DNA of 64,000 nucleotides, taken from positions 1,364,001 through 1,428,000 of the forward strand of contig JAYWIR010000021.1 in NCBI GenBank assembly GCA_036172245.1, in the 5' to 3' direction. The notes under the pieces were generated by a model. It searched no databases. It was not told where the DNA came from and saw nothing but the letters and a program-made list of their open reading frames with translations. A program made the translations under genes and the position numbers. Shown piece after piece: positions 1 through 12,288 of this stretch. The DNA is from Raillietiella orientalis (lineage: Eukaryota). Position 1 is the stretch's first letter. Each line of letters starts with the position of its first letter.

Positions 1-193
1 GGCGCGTCCTTCTCCTCTACGTGCGCGCGTGGAAGGCGTGCGTCCTCCCGCAGTCAGCCGGGCTACACGAGCTCCCCCCGGGAACCGCGAGCGAGTCGTC
101 CAATCACGGGAGACTGCCGCCACCGTCCCCAGAGCGGCTCCTCGTTCCCTCCTTCCCTGCCGCTCCTCCTCCTTGTTGGTCTGCCTCTTCCAG

Positions 194-640
194 CGGTGGG
201 CAGCGTGTCATCGCGCATTTCGAGCAGACCCAACGCGCGTCCCTTCCGTATCCCTTACCCCCCTTCCTACCCTACCCTGTCCCGTGCCTGCGCCTCTTCG
301 CCCCCCCTCCCCAGGAAAGGCTCGCTGCGATTTCCAGGAACTGCGCCACGGCACATCAGGAACTGGCCAGGAGCCTCCGAGCGAGAGCTGCAGGAAAGGA
401 TGGAAGAAGAGGAAACGGGTAGGGGAAAAGAAAGGGAGGGGGGGGGCACTGTCCGCGCGTCACTTCTAATCTGTAGCCTGCAAGAACGCGCGCACCTGAG
501 GCGTACGAAGAGGAGGGGGGGGAGAGCGGCCCAGCAATTGTCGCGAGCGAGCAGTGCTCTTCAGCCGAGCCCTGGGCATGCCATTTCGGTACACATCTTG
601 CACGACTCCCTGCGCAGCCGCGGGAAGCGGATTCGATAAG
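194..640 (+). other. Probable exons of an unidentified gene entering from the left edge (candidate introns 248-314 and 419-476)
   Basis: Two short intron-like segments with GT...AG ends; the first has a pyrimidine tract and the second a CTAAT branch-like motif before CTGTAG. Their sizes (67 and 58 nt) match the TPC introns. Reading frame and product could not be determined. Confidence 0.3.
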
Positions 641-1605
641 CACGGCATAGCGGCACCCCTTCCGCTACGGCCTCCGTCGTTGCGGGTCAGCTGGGACCCG
701 AAGGACCAGGACAAAGAGGGGAGGCGTCACGCCTGGAAGGCGGCGCATGACGTCAGGGTCCCTTGGCAGCGTGCGCGTACGAAGGCACCGGCCGTCCGCA
801 GTCCTGGCGGCCACGCTGGTTCTCCAGGGACTCCTGGCCGCTCCGACTGCCTCTTCTACGACTGGGATCACATCGCTCTTGTGCGCGAGGACGAGGCGTG
901 CTCCGTGGTCCCATGGGCCGCCGGCCCCTACGCGCACGGAGAATGCCGGTCAACTTCGGCGGGACGACGAACGTCCCTCTCCTGCTGCTCGCTTCCCTCG
1001 CCTGAGAAGTGCAGGGACGCGCTGCCTGACCTCGGTGTATCGCTCGTGCGACGAAGAGGCGACGTGGTCAAGGGTCAGGAGAGGGTCCCTGAGGGCACGG
1101 GGCGTGGAGGGGACGCAGAGGAAGGGAAAGAAGAGAGGGCCTCTTTGATCCATTCGGAACGGGAGCGGAGAAGGAGCGGAAGTTGGACGTAGGGCGTCGC
1201 AACCTGGCAGCGGCAGTGATGTCACGCGCGCAGCTGCATCCCGGCAGACGAGATGTGACTCCGCGAGCCTTTTTCCTTCGCCCCAACCCAGAAAGAGGGG
1301 CGATCCCGGAGGAGAAGTGCGGAGGGGCTTCCCTGCAGGCCCGGAGGAAAGGTGTCCGCGGTCCAGGAGTCCTCGAGCGTCTCTTCTGCTCTTCCGCCAT
1401 TATCACCCCTCCTCCGCACCCGGCGCGGGAGACGTTGGTGATGCGCAGCGGCTGGGACGGTGCGCGGCCGCCTACGGAGATCTTGGGCCGCTGCACGAGT
1501 CAGGAGGATGGAGGGAAGGTGACGTCGAAGAAGCGGAAGGGAAGGGCAAGAGACACGCAGGAGGATGTCCTGCAGCCTCGTTGCGGTTGCCCAGGAACTC
1601 CTTGG

Positions 1606-2970
1606 CTTGGTTTCGCGCGCGATCGTTCACTTCAGCTGCTTGATGGCCCGAAGGCCTTCACGGGACTCCGGCTCCAAGGCAACGGTGATCATCCCGCGGA
1701 CGCGCTGCTCGCACGCTGATCTTCGCCCACCGAGGCCTCGAGCAGTCTGGTCGTTTCCAGGCTCGCGCCCCGCGGCCGTGGGAAACCGGAAAGCGATTCT
1801 ACTCCCGAGAAACAGAATCAGATGGAGGTCAAGAGGGCACCACTTCCGGTCATGGTGGTGGTGCTCGTGGTGGTAGTGGTGAAGGAGGAAGAAGAGGAGG
1901 TAACTAAGGGTGGAAGATCCGCAGTGGAGCTCTGAGATGGTCGGACGACCTTCTTCCCGAAAGTCGAGACTGCCAGGAGGTGCTCTCTAGTCCGCGGCGA
2001 CATTGTACGCTCGACCTCCAGAAAAGCAAGGAGGAGGAAGTCCAAGGGACGCGGGAAAAGGCGGCCAGCGCTGCGTGGAGGCGGAACGCCGGAGGGGAAC
2101 GGGCCGCCCTGCCCTCGAGGAAGGAAACCTGTCCCCAGGGCTCCCTTCCGGGAACTCCAGGCGCAGATAGCCCGGGGTAGTGCCAGGAGCGGTTAAGCGG
2201 ACCAAGAAGGGAGGGGTGCGGCCGGCTGGCTCTTTCGAGGGACCGGCGGATGGCGAGAGCGAGAACCTCCTCTCCCGCCACCTAGGCGGGCGGGAGAGGG
2301 TCACACAGCTCTCGGAGGTTCGTCGCCGTGAGGGAGATGACCGAACGCCTGCAGCGGGCGGCACCAGAGGGCCGCCTCGTCACCGTCCTCACGGCTCCGG
2401 ATGGGTCCGACGGAGGCTCACCGATGGCTCCCTCCTGGCGTTGGACCGGGAAGCTGCGCCTGCACTCCGTGGACGAGCTGACCAACGAGCACCGGATGGT
2501 CCTGCGGGCGTCTGCGCGGCTGCTCCACCGGTCACAGCCCCCCTGCACCGGGGAAAGGGAGCGCTTTGTCACCTTGTGTGGGGCAGTGCGCCGGCAACGC
2601 GGAAATGTTCTTCCCCCGGGCACCGGACCACGTGACCCCGAAGTCGATCTGTCTGCCGCTACGGCTCCGCCTTCCTTCCGGTTCGAGGAAAAAAGAATTT
2701 TGCGTGCGAAATGCGCAGGTGACCCGGCAGGTGGTGCCCCCCTCCGTAGGTGTTTCCTCCCAGACGTGAAAGAGGGAAACCACAAGCTGCCGACCGCGCA
2801 GAAGCAAGGGTGCACCGGCTGCAGAATCGCCCGCTGTTCGGGTCCTGCCGCCGTTGCCACGGCTACTGAAGTTCAGATCCGCCACACCACGTTGCCATGG
2901 AGCCGGGACGTCCCGTGAAGGCCTTTGGACCATCAAGCAGCTTACATGTACGATAGCGCGCGAAACCAAG
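1606..2970. repeat. ~80-bp imperfect inverted repeat pair (1606-1684 and 2890-2970) enclosing ~1.2 kb; possible TIR element
   Basis: CTTGGTTTCGCGCGCGATCGTTCACTTCAGCTGCTTGATGGCCCGAAGGCCTTCACGGGAC... at 1606 aligns with the reverse complement of 2890-2970 (CTTGGTTTCGCGCGCTATCGTACATGTAAGCTGCTTGATGGTCCAAAGGCCTTCACGGGAC...). No target-site duplication seen. Confidence 0.85.
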
Positions 2971-5900
2971 TCGCTCATTTAGAGACCTCGAGGAGGCTGC
3001 AGACGGCGGCCTTTCCTTCAACATAAGGAAACTCCATCTGGAGGAGGAGGGTGCGAGGAAGAAGCCCCACCGTCCAAGGACGAAGCGCAATCTCCCATGG
3101 GCTCGGTCCGCGGCAGGCAGGGTTGGGACTTGGGGAGTGAGCGCGGCGAGTCCCTTTCGAAAAGAGCCCTTGCCCTCTCTCGGGGTTTTTCTCGCACGGG
3201 AAAGCAAAGTGGAAGCTGAGGGGTCTTTTTGGACAAGACAAAAGTAGGTGAAGTGGGGCTGAGTCGAGGCTTCCCCGCGCGCGTCGATCCGGCTAGCTTG
3301 TCCTCCAGGGAACTCGGAAGGAAGGGAAGCTGAAGCAGAACGAGGAGGGAGGGGAGAAAGAGGGGAACGTGGGGAGAAGGGAGAATAGGCCGGATGTTCG
3401 TCTAGAAAGTCCCCGCCAGATGCAAGAGGGGTTTCGAGCGAGGGCAGTCAACAGACCCACTGTGAGTGGGTCTGGGAGTTGCGGCTGCCTCGCGGTAGGG
3501 ACGCGCCGGGAACAGCACGAGCTGCTCCCTTCACTGGAGCGGGGAGCATTCCCGCAGCTCCTGACCGCCGGAGCGCCAGGACGAAGCGCTTTCGGGGAAA
3601 ACGGTGGACGCGTCTTGCGAGCTCCTCCTGCCTGCTCCTCCTCGGGTGGGCACCTCTACCACAGTCAACAATGCCCACTCTTAGGAAACGCTCCCGTGCG
3701 AATCCCCTGAGGCGTTCCGTGGAGAAAGCAGGGCATTTCAGAAGCAGCTGCTTTCGAGCGGACTCCACGCTCCCCTCTGTCAGTCCGACGGGTCCCGCGT
3801 CCCGAGGATGGGCGAACCCACAGCCGGAGTGCTTCCTGGGGGACCCAAGTGTGCCACCGCCCCTGCTGCGACTCCCGGCGGAGTGCACGCGTCCTGCTCC
3901 CGGGGCCCGAGCCGAGCTGCTTGGAGCTCCCGCTGAGATCAGGCAGCGGCGACCACACGGGGACCGCAAGGGGCGAGTTGGCGCTGCTGCGCCACGTGCA
4001 CACCGATGGGACGATGCCGCGCGCTCGCGAGCAGATACCGGGACGGATCCGCTCTTGTCAGGGAGATGGGGGGAAGGGGGGGATTGCTATCCCTCATCTG
4101 CCTTGAGCTGCGCGTGTGGAAGAGGAGTTTTTCGCGCGTGACCAGGGTGGCGGCGCCAAGGGAAAGTCCAGTCCGGTGGAGGGAGCCATCTGCCTAAAGC
4201 GGAATGCAACGCAAAGGTGGAAGCGTTCCCGGCCCACAAGGTGGACGGGCTTCCGTGGAGGGGGGGAATTGATTCACCCAGGTGGAGGGAGGGAGACTGC
4301 GGACGTGGATCGGACAACACAGCCACCGGCATCGTTTGGCTCGCGTAGGTCGCACGCGCGACGCATAACCGTGGAAACGCGGGCGTGGATCGCCGCCGCT
4401 CAACCGGAAGAGAGAGGGTGCAGCGTGGGTAATCGAGGCGACCGCGGTGGAAGATCTTGAGGACGCGTCACTAAGTCCAGTCTGGAGCGAGAGGCTCCGG
4501 CCGTCCGCGCGGGTCCGCAGCATCGGTTGGAATGGCAGCTCAGTCATCGCCCTGAGCGACCGATCGGCCGCCACCCCGTAGAAACACCACCGCGGCGTTC
4601 CTGCGGAAGCGTCCACCGGGGTGGCGGCATGCCGCCGTCGTCACTAGAGACGCCGGGAGCTGCCACCCGCGGAAGGCGAGGCTGTCGGGACGCCTCATCC
4701 TCCCCGCTCCACGGGGGAAACCCCCCTCGGAAGGCGAGGCGAGGCGAGGAGAGGCAGACTGCTGTGCCTCACGCGGCCCCCGGGTGCGTGGTCACCCGGG
4801 AGATCATGGGCAGAGACCCCCGAGCCTGCCCATCCGTGGTCCCGGGCTCAGCCGCCTCCCGTGCCGACGTCCCGTCTCGACCTGCTCCCTGGTCCTCCCC
4901 TCCGTTCCGTCGCATCTCCTGTCGTGAATGAAGGGGAGCACGGCTGCCGAGCATGGGAGCGTTCCCTTCTCCGCAACCCATTCCGCGCGCCCTCCAGATT
5001 AAGGAGGAAGGAAGAGGGGGAGGGGTGCATCTCGACGCTCGGAAGCGACCCGCGTCCTCCGTTAACACGCGTCGCTGCTGCCGTTCAAATCTCTTCCAGC
5101 GCTCGCTCGTGCGGAAGATCACCGAACGCCCGTCGTCGTGACCATGACGCTCAGCCCACACTGCTCGGGCGCGGAAAACCAGGGCAACTCGCGTGGCGGC
5201 ACGGGCATGGCACTCGCCGTCGCTGCCACCGCTCCGCTTCGCCCCCGGCAGCACGCCGAAAGTGACTCCGGGGAGATCAGCCTGCCCGCAGCCGGCCCGT
5301 GGGAGGACTTCCCGCTCCAGGCGTTCCCGGACCTCGCTGTCCCGACGCCTCTCCCGAAGGGAGGCAAGTCCCCGCCCTGTCCGGAAGGACTGTCCGCGTC
5401 CTCCCCTGACCCGACGCGAGCAGCGAGGGCAACTCGCTGCCGCCGCGAGCCCAGTCAGGGAAGGGACAGTTGAGGATGAGAGCTGCGGAGGCGGCTCTCG
5501 GCGTCATCGGTCCAGCCACCGCCGCCTCCCGCTCTCTTCCTTCCCCGCGTGCGCTCTCGAAGGCTCCTCGAAGCAGCAGCAGCGACGGCGGCTGTCCTTT
5601 TTCTCCGCGGCGCCTCGCAAACTCGCCAGCGAACCCCACTCTGCCCGCGGATTCCAAGGTAACCCCTCACTCCCCCCCCCTCCCACTTTCTCAGTGACCG
5701 AAACGAGGGGCAGCCGGCGTAACGCCGCCTTTTCGCCGGAGGACGGGCGGAGGAGGGGGTTGGCAAGGAATCGGTGCAGCGTCCCTCCCCCCCTTCGCCC
5801 TGCTTTCAAATCGGCAGCGCAGCAGCGACTCCCTGGCTGGATGGTGGCACCTCCGGTTTCGTGGAAGCGGCGCCAGGGCACGCGCCCGACCGAGCAGCTC

Positions 5901-6547
5901 GCGGGCGATCCAACCTGCGCCCCGCCAGGGGGCGGTGCATGGGTGGCAGCAGGGAAGGCACGGAAAGGGGTAGGGCGCGTGCGCGCATCGCGCGCGGGGA
6001 CGACCGCACGCGCTTTCGTCGGATCGCCGAAGACAGCCGTCCACGTGTGCCCCGCTGGGTCTTCCCCGATGCCCTCCTCCCGTCTTCGGGACGAGGAGAG
6101 CCGAGCGAGGAGTAGCCCGAAAGGCATGCCCCAGCGCACTCTCCGTGCTACCAACCGTCACGCTTGGGGAACGAAGGCTCGCGACGCGTCCTTTCCTCCC
6201 TGCGCCGCCGGCCTGCGTTTGTGCGAAACTCGGACTTCCCTGGGAGAGAGTGCACTCTCCGGAAGAAGAAGAAGAAGAAGAAGAAATGGGTCACGGCGGA
6301 GACTCCAAGGCGGCGGACTTGCACTGAATCGCCGCTAGCATCAAGCCGCCGCCGAGAGGAGAACAATCGGCGAACTTCGATTCGTGCAGTCAACTGGGTG
6401 GTAACTTTGATAAATAACCCGTACCATGAGAAGGGAAGCAATTAACATAATCGACCCTCCCCCCCCTCCTCCCCTGGTCACAAAACACACGAGGAAAGCG
6501 AAAACGAGAGGACTCTGAGCCCGCAATTTCAGCACGAGACAAAGAAA

Positions 6548-6590
6548 ACACACACACACGCACACACACACACATACACACACACACACA
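6548..6590. repeat. (CA)n microsatellite, slightly interrupted
   Basis: Directly visible. Confidence 0.95.
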
Positions 6591-7016
6591 AAAAAAAACG
6601 GTAGCGAGTTCACAGGGTTCAACCGAAGGGGTCCGAAAAAAGTGGAAGCCGTTCAGTGGTCCAAAACAAGCAAATGCCCTGCAGGCGTAAGAAAGCGCCG
6701 GCTCCAGCTGCCCTCCATCCTCCGAGCGACGCAGCCTACATGGAATCACGGAAGACTCCGCACGGAAGACTCCGGAACAGAAACGGCACGTCGTGAGACG
6801 GCCGCTGGAGCCAAAGGGGACTCGGCGGCAGCTTGGTCAGCAGCATTTCGGTGTCCGTGCACCAAACACTCGTAGCCTTCGGACACGGACACGGACACGG
6901 TTCCGTGTCCGCGACCGTTGCGGGCAACGGCCAGGTCCGCATCGCACTGCGCGATAGTTTTCTCTGGTAAATGTGAAAGTTGGGTTACTTTCGTTTTCAT
7001 AATGACTTTTCCTTTT

Positions 7017-7038
7017 TCTCTCTCTCTCTCTCTCTCTC
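7017..7038. repeat. (TC)n microsatellite
   Basis: Directly visible. Confidence 0.95.
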
Positions 7039-10000
7039 GGGAGGGAGGGATTATGCAAAATGAGTTCTCGATAACAAAGAAATGTTTCCCGGTGTGACAG
7101 CTCCTTCTCGCGATGACGCATTACGCTTGGCGTGGAGCCTCTCGGCAGAGGATGCTACAGGGGGGAAAAAAGAGGCTGGTGGAAAAAGAAAAGAAAAAAA
7201 AAAAACTCCAACTGTTATTCACCTCCGATCTCCGTAGTCATGAAACCGGGAAACCGCAGTTCCTCCGAGATGTACGATCTCTAACCATCGCAAAAGCGGC
7301 ACGTGTTCGCAAAAAGTGCACAAACAACAAGAGATCCCGAATATCAAATTGAACTCCCCCATTTCCAGAATTGAACACTGACCACCCCCAGCGTGCCATT
7401 ATCATTTCATTCTTCGTTTTCACTCAAGACGCTGAATCCTGAGAGAATGAAAACGTCAGCGCAGATCCCGCAGCAATCGCATTGCGAAAATCAGGCGTAT
7501 CAGATCATCCACCTCCCCAGATTTCCGATGCATCGAAATTTTCAATGTAAAACAAAAAGTTTGTGCTCCGTTTCGGATACTACTCGACAAATTGAAAGTA
7601 GCTCATACATCTAAATGCGAAAGTCGATTTTAAATTCATCGATTACAAATTTTCAATTTTTATCAGGCAAACATTTAGAGCGTTCATTGTTCATTCAGTC
7701 TGAGAATATCTACTTTGCATTCTGCGGGTGTTCATTTAAAAAGGTAAGGTAGCAGTTAGTACCCTCGCAGAAAGCAAAAAATTGATTGCATAAATTCGTG
7801 GGTGGATGTTAAATTTTCAGTATTGATGGGGTGTTCAGGCATACTGACTCAATAGGAATTTGCAATGCACCCTGCTTCCAAACTACATTGGGCTTATTAT
7901 CTACATATTCTGCTGTGTCAGCTGTGCTAAAAACACTCAAAAAAAACAAAAACAAAAACAAATGGAAAATGGACGAAAAATGAACTTTGAGTTTTTTTTT
8001 TGGGGGGGGGGGCTGTTTTTCAACTTCGAAACAGAAGAAACAGAAATTGATCAACACTGTAGCCAAACCAATTTTGCAAAACATCGCTAAACATTCCTTT
8101 CAATATGTAATTCGATCACGCAAGCTGTTTCTAAAATCAACTAGGCTTAATTTTTCGTTCCGGGCTATGAACTCTCACACTCCTTTCAAGCCATTGAAAA
8201 CACTGTTATTCCTCAGAAGACGTACGGTTTTTGCCAGTCTTCGGAAACTGACTGTTCGTGATGACAATCGTTCTGCTTTTTTTTTTTTTGATGCTCTCTA
8301 TTTGTTCGAGTGGACTGCAGCGTGTGGACTCGAAGCGATAAGGACAATGTAACACCGTAAGTTGCAAAGAGTGGTTCTTGACAACTTTATGTGCTTTTAG
8401 GATGTGACGATTTCTCTGAGTTTTCACGCTTTGCTTTGGGACAGAAGAATAGCTCATGGCAGCTCTTCTTCTTACAGGAGTCTCTTCGAAAAACACTGCA
8501 TAGCAATGATGCACAGCCAATGACTCACGACGGAGCCGAAACTGCAAACATGATGCACGTTGAGCAGTTTGCATGTTGCTCCTCGTGCTCCCAAAGAAAA
8601 AGCCAAAACGTTTGAGGATTCGTGGCTTCAGCGACATTTCCGATAGTGCGTGTCTGAATTTTTCGTACGTCCGAACGCTCCCAGTATGAATGTGTTCGGC
8701 GTAAAACAGAATAAAGGTCGTCATCCGTTACACTATGCAAAATTTTTGGCTTTATCCCAGAAACGTCGTGTGAAAAGCACAAGTGGAATCAAAGGACTGC
8801 ACACTGCGGTGTTCTTTATCAGGAGAACACTGATTGGAAGCTGACCCATCTGATCTTGTGGTAAACTTTTATACTAAGATGAGAGTGTACGCAGGTAGAG
8901 GTTGGTTAGATGATATGGAGCACAGAGCAATCATATGATTTCAACAAAAATGCGATTATTCCTCTGAGCTCATCCGGACAGAACAATGAAAGAATGCATC
9001 CCCGCGTAAAATATTATTACTGATTTCCTCTCAGAATATCTGGAAAATTGGTGCTTGATTGGTGCAAAAAAAAGCCCTCAAGTGCTTTTGTATAGGAATC
9101 TTATATAAAAACAGTTGAGCGGGGGTGTGTGTCAAGGGGCACATGAAAAAGTGTGGGTCCAGATTGCAAAATACTGCAAGCCACTGCTTGTGTACCATGA
9201 TTCATGAAATCGGCGGAGACAGTTTTGCCTTTCCTTTGGAACTTTCGACGCATGTAATTTCCGTATCGATTTGAGTGCACATTTTCTGATTTTACATAAA
9301 AAACTGAATGATTTCTGAATGTTTCTGCTAGGTTTCAACTAGTCTGTATCAATCAGCTCGTTTGTGTCACTGCCATCGGCAAATGGTAATGTACATTGCC
9401 ATTTGCTAGCAGAATCTCCCAAATTAGTTCTCGAAATGATAAAAAAAATAAAATCTCTGAGACTGTTTGAAGATGAGAAACAATGTTTTCGTACTGTAAA
9501 AGGAATCATGGGGTAGCTATGCCAATCGAGCATTTCGATGGGAAACATCTCTTTGGCGAGTTCAGTTTAATTGTTTTTGTGCTCTCCACTGACAACGTGA
9601 TCGTATTCTTTGGGAACTGAGATTCTGGCATTTATTTGTTGGACGCAAAAACTTAAACCTCTCCAGTAGAACTGAAAACAGACGAAATGAAGCGGCAGCG
9701 ATGCGACCATCGCAAATAAAGTAATTTGTTTGCATTTCTAAAATGGACGCCATACATTCGAACAGGTGCGTTCCACGAAGACTTGGCAACACGCGGCGCA
9801 GCACGCCCCGACCCGGCCGAGAGGTCCTGCGTGGAGGGTGCCGGACGTTGGTTGCACCTTCTGCGGGCCTCTCTTCCAGCTGCGTTGTGCGCCGAATGCA
9901 TGGAAGGGAGAAGATAAATGCTGATTTATCGGTGGGAAGGAGAATGGAAAGGTTGTGCCCGTGGTATCGAAAACGCTGTTGTTCCTCAGTTTACGTATAC

Positions 10001-11435
10001 CTCCGGTTTTTTTTGTCAGTTTTTAGGAAACGTATTGTGCGTAAGTCAATTGCTGCTCTGCTTATCCGGGTAGACTTCGGCCAGAAGATTCAAGCACTGC
10101 AAATGAAATTAAACAATTTGTAGAGAATGGTTACTGGTATCTGTGAACCCGAAATGTATCATCATTGAGCATTGTAATTAAAAAAAAAAAAAATAGCAAA
10201 TAAAGCTTTATTTATTAGTACTGGTTACCTACTACTTTTAACTGCTTGGAAAAAGAGAATTCACTTGTTTTGTGGATAATAGGAGATGTGGTTAACGTGT
10301 TCATAAATTAGCATTAAGGCATGAAATGCGTGCTCTATCGGTGACAGTCGGACTGAGAAGTTTGGATGAATTTAAATGCATTTGCTTAAAGTGTTTGAAA
10401 CTTGAGTGAAACAAAGAATAAAAAACGGTTCTTTTTGTATCTTTTAGAGAGGAGTTCCAGAACGAATGAAGTAGTAGTCTAGTCTTCGGAATTCTTGCAA
10501 GGCACCATCCCTATTTGGTCCTGAAAAATTTAGTAATGCCAGTGTATGTATAGGTATATGGAAAAATTTGATTTCAGTGCAGGTGTGATAGCATGTTTGT
10601 TAGAAAGGTGCGAAATGCCATTTCCATAGAGTGAAACAAACATCCAAGACCCTCCATGTGGAGAGTCTCAGCCAGGTCAGGCGCTGTATCTTTCTGAGCA
10701 AAAGCAAAAACTTACCTTCAAATATCCACAATTCAGAATGTTACTGCATCTTTGCCTGCGTTTTTTCATTCATGCTTACAAATATCAGTCATTAGCAATC
10801 ATGATGAAAGATGAAAGTATTTAATCCGGAATGTTTGATTCCTGTGTTGAAGACATTCTTGTAAGGAAACAAATGAAAAAGCAACAGCAACTGTCTTTTT
10901 TCACTTGTGAGTTAAATCATAGAGGAGCTTTCATGGTAGCATTTCAGAAAGGTACTCAAAGCAGTCAGAATTTAGCTACAGATGTCCAAGAATGTTAGTT
11001 GCATCTTGAAGCAATTAGGGAGTCATTATCAGGAAGTGTGATTGGGAGTAAAATATCCATTTAGTACTTCTGGTTTATTAAGTCAGGATAATTTATTGGT
11101 CCATAAAACACTGGGTTCAGTAAATGCAAGGTGAATAGCAAAGAGAAGAGATTGAAAATGAAATGGAAGAAATCTGCATGTAGAGCTATGTATCTCCCTT
11201 CTTTTTTTTTTTTTTATAGAAACAAGAGGATTATGATAGATTATTTAGATTTCACTATAAAAAAACGTGAACGTAATGTATAAACTTGACAGGAAGATTC
11301 AAAATCAGGACAAGAATGTGACAAAACATTTATTGAAATTCTGTCACAATTTTAAAAAGTCCTGCTGCAAAGAGAGTTTGTTCTAGATTTTCAGTTTACA
11401 CATGAAGGTTGTTGACATAGAGGATGTAGGTCCAC

Positions 11436-11476
11436 TTTGCTTACATGCTGCATTTTGCTTACATGCTGCATTTTGC
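11436..11476. repeat. 18-bp tandem duplication (TTTGCTTACATGCTGCAT x2.3)
   Basis: Directly visible. Confidence 0.9.
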
Positions 11477-12189
11477 CAGTGTTTTGTTTGTTTTTAGGTT
11501 GAATCAGGCAGAGGTTGGCCCATAAAGATGGGATAGCATCAGCATTATAAATATAAATATTCATTAGTGCTCTTATAACTTCCAACTCCTCAGTACCAGA
11601 AATGTAATAGTATTGTGATAATATAGAAGGCAAAGGCTGATGTATGGTGAAAAGGCACTATGGTTTGTACTCCTTTGTGTCAGCTTGTGCACAGGGTGTG
11701 AATGCTGTTGGTACAGGAGGGATTAAACAAGAGCTTTGTGTTTCAGTCTCAATGATAGTTTCATACTTCTCGAGCATTTGATGAAAACATGAAACTAGAC
11801 TGGTATTGATGTGAATTCAATGCCTACCACAAAGGTTAACATAACCTTTCTCTAAAGATTATGAATTAGAAACCAAATAGTTGAAAAACTGCAATACAAG
11901 TTAGTATGTTAATTTGTATTTAAAATTGATTTTTATTATTTTTGTAATGGATTATCCATCATGAATGGAAAATGAGCAGGTTTGGGAAACTAATAAAACA
12001 TGATGATGGCAGAAGTTCTTGCTAGCACAGAATTCATGAATTGCAATGCAAAACAGCTCAGTAGCTATGATTGTCAAATGTTTGGTTCAGGAAGTACCTC
12101 AGCAACCTTGATACACACCAGAAGTGAAGTAGGAGAAAAATGCAAAAGTAGTGTGCTGTTTCATTACATGTCAGTGCTGCATTCTATGT

Positions 12190-12288
12190 AAGGGGAAAGT
12201 GTGGAACCCTTCTGAAAGGGTTCCATGCTTTCCCCTTCTTTCAGAAGCTGTTCACCTTCTGAAAGATGAACAGCAACTGCTTGCTGTT
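12190..12288 (+). other. Chain of overlapping inverted repeats; main hairpin has a 22-bp stem and CTGA loop (12190-12237)
   Basis: AAGGGGAAAGTGTGGAACCCTT-CTGA-AAGGGTTCCATGCTTTCCCCTT pairs fully with two G-U pairs; further stems at 12247-12274 and 12269-12288. Confidence 0.85.

Noticed and set aside
248..314. Possible U12-type intron (GTATCCCT donor)
   Set aside because: Deviates from GTATCCTT, has no TCCTTAAC branch site and has a normal pyrimidine tract
830..1075. Protein-like stretch SDCLFYDWDHIALVREDEACSVVPWAAGPY
   Set aside because: No recognisable family and no coherent exon chain; left unassigned
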